This document shows positions 30,914 to 39,404 of a stretch of DNA of 64,000 nt, in pieces. The first letter of the stretch is position 1, and every line of letters starts with the position of its first letter. A program made the position numbers and the translations under genes. This stretch comes from Erythrobacter sp. Lineage in GTDB: Bacteria > Pseudomonadota > Alphaproteobacteria > Sphingomonadales > Sphingomonadaceae. The stretch lies in NCBI GenBank assembly GCA_039988235.1, contig JBDXKB010000004.1:185643-249642 (forward strand), read 5' to 3'. The notes beneath the pieces are model-generated. The model was not told where the DNA came from, did no database searches, and saw nothing but the letters and a program-made list of their open reading frames with translations.

Positions 30914-32203
30914 CTACCAATCATATGCCTTTGGCAGATCGCTCTCGTCCAGATCGCGGTACCGCTCTCGCAGCCTCGTTTGGTGGTTATCCAGCGGCTG
31001 CTCGACACCCTCAATATAGACCCGAACCGGCGTGGACGAGACCTCAAGCGGATCACCATCCCAAATCACCAGATCGCCCATCGCGCCCGCTGCCAAAACA
31101 CCAATCTTACCACCCATGCCCATCGCCTCCGCAGGACGCGAAGTAATCGTGGCGAGCGCTTCACCCCAGGACAGTCCAGTGGCTCGCGGAACCCGGGTCA
31201 AAGCAACCAAATTTCCGGCATGCTGTGTCAAATGGTGGATGTTTCTGAGCGTATCGGCGTTTAGCGCAACGGTAACGCCGGCCGCCTGCATGCGTCCGAT
31301 ATTGCTTTGCGTGGCGGCCAATTGTTCGAAACGGTCGGGCAAATCCTGCAGGCTTTCGGCGATCACCGGGATGCCCGATTGCGCAAGTTCGTCAGCGACT
31401 GTCCAACCTTCTGTCGCGCCCACAAGAACAATATCAAGTGCGCCGAATTCTTTCGATAGAGCGATAACACTGCGAATATCGGATGCGCGATCGACGTGGA
31501 TGAGCAGTTTCTGCCGACCAGAGACAATTGGTGCCAAAGCCTCGGCATCAGCGCGGGTGAGCAAGTTTCCATCCCCGCTCCACCGACCGGCAACAAAATC
31601 CCTCGCCTCTCGCAGAGCATTGCGCAATTCGACATGGCTGGCGGTGCGACTGCCACCCGCGATACTCGCGCCGCGCTCGGCCAAAGTGACATATTGGAAC
31701 GCCTTGCTGCGGGTAATCGGATCCGGATCTGCCCCAGTATCGATAATGGCGCCTTGCCCCCCGAAGATAGCATCGGACGGGTTGCTCATCACAACCGCCC
31801 TAGTGACACCTTCGCCTCGGCTGACAAGCAAATGCTGGGACGCGGGGTTGATCGCAGGTGTCACATCCAATGCTGCATTGAAACGGGAGGAGCTTGCTGA
31901 GGCATCATTGCTGTCGCTGACTGCGCGCACGTCAACAAGACCCAGATTGGTGACAGCGGCAATAAGGCCGGGAGTGACCCAAGTGCCTGCCCCATCCAAT
32001 GCTGGAATATCGGCCGGAACGCTGACCCCAGCGCCAGCGGCAACGACCTTGCCTCCGCGGATGATCACTGTCGCGTTCTGGATCGGCTCGCTACCATCAC
32101 CGGTCGCGACCGTCGCGTTCTGGATGGCAATATCTTGAGCGTTCAAGGGCGCAGACACCAGCGTCAATGCCGCCGCCGCGAGAGAGAATGTAAGACGGTT
32201 CAT
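30914..32203 (-). CDS. Exported amidohydrolase-fold protein lacking the metal-binding motif
   Basis: Signal peptide, VTPGL.., GDLVIWDGDPL. The DxHxH motif is replaced by AAVTN. Confidence 0.85.
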   Translation of the reverse strand: MNRLTFSLAAAALTLVSAPLNAQDIAIQNATVATGDGSEPIQNATVIIRGGKVVAAGAGVSVPADIPALDGAGTWVTPGLIAAVTNLGLVDVRAVSDSNDASASSSRFNAALDVTPAINPASQHLLVSRGEGVTRAVVMSNPSDAIFGGQGAIIDTGADPDPITRSKAFQYVTLAERGASIAGGSRTASHVELRNALREARDFVAGRWSGDGNLLTRADAEALAPIVSGRQKLLIHVDRASDIRSVIALSKEFGALDIVLVGATEGWTVADELAQSGIPVIAESLQDLPDRFEQLAATQSNIGRMQAAGVTVALNADTLRNIHHLTQHAGNLVALTRVPRATGLSWGEALATITSRPAEAMGMGGKIGVLAAGAMGDLVIWDGDPLEVSSTPVRVYIEGVEQPLDNHQTRLRERYRDLDESDLPKAYDW

Positions 32204-33588
32204 TTCACGTCTCCTTCACCGGGTTGGCCCAACTCAAAATCGGCCACGGGACGGCGTTTGGGGTCCAGCGCATCGTAAAGCAGAGCGCCATCGATCCACA
32301 CTTTCTCAGGCCGAGAATAGACGCTCAGCGGGTCACCATTCCACAGAACCACATCGGCCATTTTGCCGGGTTCAAGGCTGCCGGTCTGGTCGGCAATACC
32401 CATGGCCTTCGCCGCGTTCAGGGTGATCCAGCCGATCGCTTGTGCGTCGGTGATCTCAATACCCATCCGCGTACCAGCTGCGCGGGCTTTGCCCGCAGAT
32501 TGGTTGAGACGTTGGATGACTTGGTCGCTATCAGAGTGGATGACGACACAGGCACCTGCCTGATGCAACAAAGCAGCATTTTCAGGAATGCCATCATAGC
32601 TTTCCATCTTAAAGCCGTACCAATCGGCCCAGATGGCGCTGCACACTCCATTTTCACGGAGCAGATCGCCGATTTTGTAGCTTTCAACGGCGTGATGGAA
32701 TGCGGTGACCCGGTATCCCATCTCCTTGGCCATATCCATAACAAGCGCCATTTCGTCCGCGCGGTAACAATGGTTGTGGACCAGAATGTCGCCCTTCAAA
32801 ACGCCGACAAGTGTCTCATTTTCTAGGTCGCGGTCACGGTCTGCATCTTCGGCATAGGCGCGCGCATCAAGCCATGTTTGGCGGTTGACGGCAAAATTGC
32901 CCATTCGTGTGCTCGGCTTGCGGCCCTTACGGCCATAAACCCGCTTGGGGTTTTCGCCGCAGGCCATTTTGAAGCCATAAGGCGCGTCCGGAAACTTCAT
33001 CCCCTGAACGGTCCGGGCAGGTACATTCTTAAGTGTGACCGTGCGACCGCCCATCAAATTTGCCGAGCCAGGAAGAATTTGAAGCGATGTTACGCCGCCA
33101 TTGGCCAACGCTCGGCTGAAGCCGGGGTCTTGGGGCCAGACGGAATGCTCGGCCCAGACATCAGGCGTCGTCGGGCTGGTTGATTCATTGCCATCGCTGT
33201 GCGCGGATACGCTGGGCGAAGGATAATCACCAAGGTGCGAGTGGATGTCGATGATGCCCGGCGTTACGAATTTCCCCGCACCATTGATGATTGTGTAGCC
33301 CGAAGTATCGAGCCCGGTGCCAACTGCTTCAACCTTGCCGTTGCGAAACAGCACTGTGGAGTCATCAAATTGGCGGCCTGTTCCATCAAACACGGTCGCG
33401 CCGACCAGCGCTGTGGGAGCGCCGGGATAGGCGCGGTAGGTTGACGGATAGGGCACATCAGGTGTGGCAGGCAGATTGACTGTCGCTGCGGAGGCGCTGC
33501 GTGTGCTGCCGGCCTCTTCCGCGGTTGCCGTGGTGCATGCTGATAGCGCAAGCGCGACCATGCCGGTTAAAGTCAAACGTGTGACCAT
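32200..33588 (-). CDS. Amidohydrolase family lipoprotein
   Basis: Lipobox LSAC, PGIIDIHSH, HCYR, HHAVE, HSD metal ligands. Confidence 0.9.
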   Translation of the reverse strand: MVTRLTLTGMVALALSACTTATAEEAGSTRSASAATVNLPATPDVPYPSTYRAYPGAPTALVGATVFDGTGRQFDDSTVLFRNGKVEAVGTGLDTSGYTIINGAGKFVTPGIIDIHSHLGDYPSPSVSAHSDGNESTSPTTPDVWAEHSVWPQDPGFSRALANGGVTSLQILPGSANLMGGRTVTLKNVPARTVQGMKFPDAPYGFKMACGENPKRVYGRKGRKPSTRMGNFAVNRQTWLDARAYAEDADRDRDLENETLVGVLKGDILVHNHCYRADEMALVMDMAKEMGYRVTAFHHAVESYKIGDLLRENGVCSAIWADWYGFKMESYDGIPENAALLHQAGACVVIHSDSDQVIQRLNQSAGKARAAGTRMGIEITDAQAIGWITLNAAKAMGIADQTGSLEPGKMADVVLWNGDPLSVYSRPEKVWIDGALLYDALDPKRRPVADFELGQPGEGDVK

Positions 33589-33644
33589 CTTGGTACGACC
33601 CTTTCTGGTTGGGCAATGCCCTGTGTTGTTGCCTGCAATTATGA

Positions 33645-35261
33645 TTAACGAGTGGCAGGATGCACCCCGCCCTCCTGCGCTTCAAGACCTGCAGCCGCAG
33701 ACCCTTCGAGTCCATCGTCGGTCAGTGTGTCGAGATGCATCCAGCGCTTCACAATTGGACTGAGAGCCAGAACGACCACACCCACAGCAATCGCAACCCA
33801 TCCGATCTCTGTGTAGATTTCAAGTGTTAGATCTTTGGACATCTCACCGCTTTCACCGCCGGTCAGCTCTCCGATCTTGCCGCCCACGAAGCTACCAACT
33901 GCAGTCATGTAGAACCATGCGCCCATGATCAAAGACGCCATGAAGCTGGGTGCAAGACGGTTCATTGCGGAAAGACCGACCGGGCTTAGACAAAGCTCGC
34001 CCGTCGTATGTAGCAAGTAGATCAGGAACAGGAACAAGACCGGCGTCAACGCTTCGGCACCGACTGATTGCGCCCCCCAGGCAAAGACCAGGAAGCCAAT
34101 CCCGAGCTGGAACAAAGCCAAGGCAAACTTTGCTGGCGCGGATGGTTCCCAACCTCGATTGCCAAGCCATTGCCACAACATGGCGAAAAATGGCGCGAAG
34201 ATGATGATATAAATCGGGTTGATTGACTGGAACACTGATGCCGGAACATTCCCGATATCTACGTATCGGTCGGTGTAGAGGTTGAGGCTGCCGCCTGATT
34301 GCTCGAACAAACCCCAGAACAATGGGTTCAGTGCGATCAGGAACAGAATTGCCCAGATGCGTTGACGCGGTTCTTTCTCCAATTTGGACGCTTGATAAAG
34401 AACCCAGCCAAGCAGGCCGACGCCTGCTACGATCAAGAGTGATTGAATGATCTCACGATATTGGATCAGGCCCCACATCAATGCGACCGCGGCAATGCCG
34501 ATTATATAGATCGAAAATTCCTTACCCTTAGCGAGTAAGGCTGGCGGTTCGCCGATGCCACGCAGTGCGCTCTTGCCAAGGACAAATACCACCAGCCCAG
34601 CGAACATGCCGACGCCTGCCGCGCCAAATCCATAGGCCCAGCCAAGCGTTTGGCCAAGGTAACCGGCGAGGATCGTGCCTGCCGCAGCACCCACATTAAT
34701 TCCCATATAGAAAATGGTGTACGCTGCGTCCCGCCTGGTGTCGGTGAGATTGTACAATTGACCGACCATCACAGATATATTCGCTTTGAGGAAGCCGGAG
34801 CCTACGATGATAAGGGCCAGAGCCAACCAGAAGACATTAATGGCCGGATCGCCTTGGCCGCCATCCCCTTCGATCGCCATCGCGATATGTCCTAATGTCA
34901 GCAGTATACCGCCAAACAGCACTGCTTTGCGCTGACCAAGGTATCGATCGGCCAACCAACCACCAAGAACCGGGGTTATGTAAACCAGACTGCCGTATGC
35001 GCCATAGATCACCGTCGATTCGCCATCGCTGAAGAGCCAGTGCTGGGTCAGATAGAAGATCAGCAGAGCGCGCATGCCGTAGAAGGAGAAGCGCTCCCAC
35101 ATCTCGGCAAAAAACAGCATGTAAAGACCTTTGGGATGGCCCAACGCTTCCGGTTTCCGGCTGGCTGCGATTAGCCCTCCTGCAACCAGAAAGGCGACAA
35201 GGATAACAGTTGCGATAACGGCAACCCAATCACCTTCATTCCAAAGTGCAAAGTCTTTCAC
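33645..35261 (-). CDS. POT/PTR proton-dependent oligopeptide transporter
   Basis: EMWERFSFYGMR (ExxERFxYY-like), GGWLADRYLG, YMGINVGA, GELCLSPVG. GTG start after a GGGGAAG RBS. Confidence 0.95.
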   Translation of the reverse strand: MKDFALWNEGDWVAVIATVILVAFLVAGGLIAASRKPEALGHPKGLYMLFFAEMWERFSFYGMRALLIFYLTQHWLFSDGESTVIYGAYGSLVYITPVLGGWLADRYLGQRKAVLFGGILLTLGHIAMAIEGDGGQGDPAINVFWLALALIIVGSGFLKANISVMVGQLYNLTDTRRDAAYTIFYMGINVGAAAGTILAGYLGQTLGWAYGFGAAGVGMFAGLVVFVLGKSALRGIGEPPALLAKGKEFSIYIIGIAAVALMWGLIQYREIIQSLLIVAGVGLLGWVLYQASKLEKEPRQRIWAILFLIALNPLFWGLFEQSGGSLNLYTDRYVDIGNVPASVFQSINPIYIIIFAPFFAMLWQWLGNRGWEPSAPAKFALALFQLGIGFLVFAWGAQSVGAEALTPVLFLFLIYLLHTTGELCLSPVGLSAMNRLAPSFMASLIMGAWFYMTAVGSFVGGKIGELTGGESGEMSKDLTLEIYTEIGWVAIAVGVVVLALSPIVKRWMHLDTLTDDGLEGSAAAGLEAQEGGVHPATR

Positions 35262-35457
35262 GTAGCCACTTCCCCGTCATTATTGTTTATCGAGCTCCCC
35301 CCGGAGCTTTATCAGGCGGCACCCTAGCGCCTCTATTCCTGCTGTGAAGCGCAAGTTTCACAAGAAACCGGAATATTGGCGCAACTGAGTAGATCGGACA
35401 CGAAACTTGACGCGCCCCGCTGTATTATGGCACTGAGGCACCTAAAGAGGGACCGAG

Positions 35458-35796
35458 ATGAGCCAGAACCGACCAGTCTATCTAAAGCTGCGCGATCAAA
35501 TCGCGGCTGCCATTATCGAAGGCGCCTATGCCGAAGGGGCTATGCTGCCATCGGTGCGCGCGCTGGCGGCAGAACAAGGTGCAAACCCGCTGACGGTCGC
35601 CAAAGCCTACCAACAGTTCCAAAATGATGGCTTGGTAGAGGTCCAGCGCGGTGTTGGCATGTATGTCGTTCAAGGTGCCGCAGAGCGCTTGCGCTACGCC
35701 GAGCGGGAACAATTTTTGCAAGAAGAATGGCCTGAAATTCGCGCGCGGATGAACAGGTTGGGCATTGATCCGGCGGAACTGTCTGAAGACGCTTGA
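35458..35796 (+). CDS. GntR family (YtrA subfamily) transcriptional regulator
   Basis: PVYLKL, LPSVRALA, NPLTVAKAY, RGVG motifs with a short C-terminal domain. Confidence 0.92.
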   Translation: MSQNRPVYLKLRDQIAAAIIEGAYAEGAMLPSVRALAAEQGANPLTVAKAYQQFQNDGLVEVQRGVGMYVVQGAAERLRYAEREQFLQEEWPEIRARMNRLGIDPAELSEDA

Positions 35797-35985
35797 TTAT
35801 TTTGCAAACGCCGCAGATTAGTTGCGGCACATAAAAATTGCCTGTGCCAGCTTGCGGTCTCTCGCTCGCTCTGGCACCATCGGTAACTTGAGAACGAGCC
35901 GTTTCGGGTCGCAGAAATGGAACGCCGGATTGCAAAAGCAATTGGCATTCGATCGCAACCGAGAGGAAGCGATGCGGAGGTGGAA

Positions 35986-36267
35986 ATGATAAGATCCGAA
36001 TTGTTGCAGGCGCTCCAGGACGATAATCCTGAACTGCGCAGCGAAGAAATCGAACAAGTGGTCGACATCTTTTTTGACGAGATCGCCGAACGATTGGCCG
36101 AAGGTGGCCGCGTTGAATTGCGCGGCTTTGGTGCATTTTCGACCCGAGAACGCGAAGCGCGCAGAGGCCGCAATCCGCGCACTGGCGATGCGGTTGATGT
36201 ACCGGCCAAACGCGTGCCATATTTCAAAGCGGGCAAGGATATGCGTCGGCGCTTGAACGACGATTGA
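35986..36267 (+). CDS. ihfB: Integration host factor beta subunit
   Basis: [41 protein letters not shown] before ATG 35986. Confidence 0.95.
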   Translation: MIRSELLQALQDDNPELRSEEIEQVVDIFFDEIAERLAEGGRVELRGFGAFSTREREARRGRNPRTGDAVDVPAKRVPYFKAGKDMRRRLNDD

Positions 36268-36388
36268 CCCGGGCGCTGCTCGCAGCGTCTTAGCGAACAC
36301 TCCTCTGCACCCAACCCGAGTTATGTTTGGCGCAAAGCCATGTTCTCGATTGTCCCATCAATAGAGTGCCGCTAGGGCACACCCGGTA

Positions 36389-36475
36389 GCGGGTGTGGCG
36401 GAATGGTAGACGCCGGGGACTTAAAATCCCCTGATCCTATAGATCGTGCGAGTTCGAGTCTCGCCACCCGCACCA
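36389..36475 (+). tRNA. tRNA-Leu(TAA)
   Basis: Acceptor stem GCGGGTG/CACCCGC, anticodon arm GGGGA-CTTAAAA-TCCCC, long variable arm, GTTCGAGTC, CCA, 87 nt. Confidence 0.97.
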
Positions 36476-36603
36476 TACATTAACCGCGATTTCGCGTTAT
36501 CTCCGTTTTAACCCGTAGGCTCCTATAGCGTCTCCGTTAGGTACAGCTGGCCTAACACATTCTGTGTGGTCAATCGGGGCCACTCAGCTTGGGGTATGCG
36601 ATT

Positions 36604-37230
36604 ATGGATCATACGGTGGTCAAGCCGGAATCCAATGATGGTGAGACAGAGGGGGCGGCCGAACTTCGGAGCGCGCCCCGTTTTTCGTTGCTCATCAGGG
36701 CGGCCAAGCTGGTCAGTGGCCAGGGCGAATTTGTCTGCGTGATCCGCGACGTTTCTGCCACCGGCATCAGCGTCAAACTGTTCCACAAACTGCCGCAGGG
36801 CGCAGAGCTGGACCTCGAACTGCAATGCGGTGAAGTCTATCGAATCAAATTGGTGTGGGAACGCGAAGGCGAGGCCGGATTTCAATTTGTTGAGCAAATC
36901 GATGTCGAACAATTTGTCTCTGAAGTGGGTAGCTTTCCCAAACGAGGCCTGCGTTTGAACATCGAAATCTCGACCACTGTCAAAACTCTGACAGAGCGGT
37001 CCGCAGCAACCATCAAGAACCTGTCCCAGCAAGGCGCGCGGTTCGAATGCGATACGATGTTCGCCCTTGATCAGAATTTGCGCATCGAAAATAATCGCAT
37101 GGGGGAGTTTTACGCCAAGGTTCGGTGGCGACGTGATGCCGAGTATGGCGTGGTGTTTGATGACGTCATGACACTGGGCGACTTTGCCCGCACTGCAGCC
37201 CGATTGCAGGCCCCAACGCTCATTGCCTAG
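36604..37230 (+). CDS. Tandem PilZ-domain protein (putative c-di-GMP receptor)
   Basis: RSAPR and DVSATG in domain 1; KRGLR and NLSQQG in domain 2. Confidence 0.88.
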   Translation: MDHTVVKPESNDGETEGAAELRSAPRFSLLIRAAKLVSGQGEFVCVIRDVSATGISVKLFHKLPQGAELDLELQCGEVYRIKLVWEREGEAGFQFVEQIDVEQFVSEVGSFPKRGLRLNIEISTTVKTLTERSAATIKNLSQQGARFECDTMFALDQNLRIENNRMGEFYAKVRWRRDAEYGVVFDDVMTLGDFARTAARLQAPTLIA

Positions 37231-37319
37231 CGCCAAGCAGCGCCTCAACTCATCTGGCGATTTTGCCCAATAATCTGGGTTTTGTTTACTTCTCGCTAAC
37301 CATTTTCGTTCACTCCCGC

Positions 37320-37333
37320 TAAGAATATTCTTA
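37320..37333. promoter_or_regulatory. Perfect 14-bp palindrome TAAGAATATTCTTA (candidate operator)
   Basis: Exact self-complement just upstream of the RBS of the 37346 operon. Confidence 0.45.
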
Positions 37334-37345
37334 CTGGGGGTTTCC

Positions 37346-38938
37346 ATGGTCTCGACCACTACTGAAAATACCGGAATCATTGACGTTGATGTCGCCATCG
37401 TTGGCGCGGGGCCGGCCGGCCTGACAGCTGGCTATCTGCTGACCAAGCAAGGCAAGACCGTAGCCATCATCGAGAAAGATGAGGCCTATGTCGGCGGGAT
37501 CAGCCGCACGGTTGAGCACGAGGGCTATCGTTTTGACATTGGCGGGCATCGGTTTTTCTCCAAGAGCCAGCAAGTTGTCGATCTGTGGAACGAGATCTTG
37601 CCCGATGACTTTATCCAGCGCCCGCGGATGAGCCGGATCTATTACGAGGGTAAGTTCTATTCTTACCCTTTGCGCGCTTTCGAAGCGTTGGGCAATTTGG
37701 GCATTTTGCGGTCGACCGCCTGCATGCTGAGCTATCTGCGTTACAAGCTGTTCCCGATCAAGAACGTCAGAAGCTTTGAAGATTGGACCACAAACCAGTT
37801 CGGCAAAAAGCTCTATTCGATCTTTTTCAAGACCTATACCGAGAAGGTGTGGGGCATGCCGTGTGACGAGATGAGCGCCGATTGGGCAGCACAACGTATC
37901 AAAGGCCTGTCGCTGTGGAATGCTGTGATCGACGGGCTCAAGCGCTCTATGGGTCTGAACAAGAAGCCCAATGACGGGCAGGCTGTCAAAACCTTGCTCG
38001 AGACATTTCGTTATCCGCGGCTCGGCCCTGGCATGATGTGGGATGCTGCCCGCGACAAGATTATAGCAACGGGCAATGGCCAAATTCTGATGGGCCGTTC
38101 GCTCAAGCAATTGGCCAGCGATGGCAATGGCGGCTGGATCATGAGCGCAGAAGGCCCTGGCGGTGACGTGCAAATTCGCGCGAAACACGCGATTAGCTCG
38201 GCCCCGATGCGCGAGCTGTCTAAGCGCCTCCACCCATTGCCACAAAGCAGCTTGGAAGCGAGCAATTTGCGCTACCGAGACTTCCTGACCGTCGCTTTGA
38301 TGGTGAAATCGGAAGATTTGTTCCCAGACAATTGGATCTACATCCATGATGACCGGGTGCAAGTGGGCCGAGTCCAAAACTTCCGTAGCTGGTCACCTGA
38401 AATGGTACCAAGTGAAGATATGGCTTGCGTCGGACTTGAATATTTCTGTTTCGAAGGTGACGGATTGTGGTCTTCTGATGACAATGATCTGGTCGAATTG
38501 GCCAAGAAAGAAATGGCTATTCTTGGCCTGTGCGACCCGGACAAGGTTGAAAGCGGGGCGGTGGTCCGTCAGGAAAAAGCCTACCCGGTTTATGACGATG
38601 ATTATGAAGCCAATGTAGACGCCATGCGGCTGGAGTTGGAAGAGAAGTTTCCGTCCCTCCATATGGTCGGCCGCAATGGCATGCACCGCTACAACAATCA
38701 GGATCACGCCATGATGACGGCGATGCTGACGGTTGAAAATATCCTGGCGGGTGAGCGGGTTTACGATACGTGGTGCGTCAATGAAGACGCTGAATATCAC
38801 GAGGCCGGTGACGAAGGTGCAGAGAAGGTATTGCCTAGCCAATCTGGCGAGGCTGCAGCCAATCCTGTGACCGACGATCAAGCGGCGGCGTTGAATTCGG
38901 TGCGCGAAGTGCCAGAGCGGATTAAGAAGTCAGCCTGA
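37346..38938 (+). CDS. FAD-dependent oxidoreductase, UDP-galactopyranose-mutase/HemY-like
   Basis: GAGPAG, GG..RT..EGYRFDIGGHRFF, YPVYD, GRNGMHRYNNQDH. Confidence 0.85.
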   Translation: MVSTTTENTGIIDVDVAIVGAGPAGLTAGYLLTKQGKTVAIIEKDEAYVGGISRTVEHEGYRFDIGGHRFFSKSQQVVDLWNEILPDDFIQRPRMSRIYYEGKFYSYPLRAFEALGNLGILRSTACMLSYLRYKLFPIKNVRSFEDWTTNQFGKKLYSIFFKTYTEKVWGMPCDEMSADWAAQRIKGLSLWNAVIDGLKRSMGLNKKPNDGQAVKTLLETFRYPRLGPGMMWDAARDKIIATGNGQILMGRSLKQLASDGNGGWIMSAEGPGGDVQIRAKHAISSAPMRELSKRLHPLPQSSLEASNLRYRDFLTVALMVKSEDLFPDNWIYIHDDRVQVGRVQNFRSWSPEMVPSEDMACVGLEYFCFEGDGLWSSDDNDLVELAKKEMAILGLCDPDKVESGAVVRQEKAYPVYDDDYEANVDAMRLELEEKFPSLHMVGRNGMHRYNNQDHAMMTAMLTVENILAGERVYDTWCVNEDAEYHEAGDEGAEKVLPSQSGEAAANPVTDDQAAALNSVREVPERIKKSA

Positions 38939-38993
38939 TCAGGCTTGCACCAATCGGGTTTGAGTTCGTCGCGGCGATAGGGGGAAGTCGGTC

Positions 38994-39404
38994 ATGACGT
39001 TATTGGCCAAGCTGCAAGACATTCGCTTCATTCGCTATATTCTGGCGAGTGTTGGTGCGTTGGTGGTCGATTTCGGCAGCTTCCTCCTGATGCTTTCGAG
39101 CGGAACGAACGCTGCAATTGCTTCTGCATTTGGCTATTCCTTCGGGATTTTGGCGCATTGGGTGCTGTCCAGCAGGACAGTGTTTCAAGACACCGTCGCC
39201 CAAGAAGCGCGCGCGCGGACCAAGCAAAAGGCGCTGTTTGTCGTTTCGGCTCTGGTTGGGCTGGTGCTGACTGCGACCATCGTCGGCATTGCCGATGCTA
39301 GCGGCATTGATGCACGGGGAGCAAAACTGGTCGCGATCATCGTCAGTTTTTCAGTTACGTATTATCTGCGCGCCAAAGTTGTCTTTTCGAGCGAGCCGGA
39401 TTGA
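38994..39404 (+). CDS. GtrA family polyprenol-sugar flippase-like protein
   Basis: Four TM helices, RFIRYILASVGALVVDFG, LSSRTVF, KLVAIIVSFSVTY. Confidence 0.9.
   Translation: MTLLAKLQDIRFIRYILASVGALVVDFGSFLLMLSSGTNAAIASAFGYSFGILAHWVLSSRTVFQDTVAQEARARTKQKALFVVSALVGLVLTATIVGIADASGIDARGAKLVAIIVSFSVTYYLRAKVVFSSEPD

Noticed and set aside
31032-32138. Long antisense ORFs (31032-32138; also 50105-51016, 57536-58528, 14507-15340, 53086-53859)
   Set aside because: Shadow frames opposite well-supported genes in GC-rich DNA, with no recognisable motifs.
36480-36510. TTAACC half-sites and a short hairpin after tRNA-Leu as a CtrA promoter for pilZ
   Set aside because: No correctly spaced second half-site; this could simply be a tRNA trailer hairpin.
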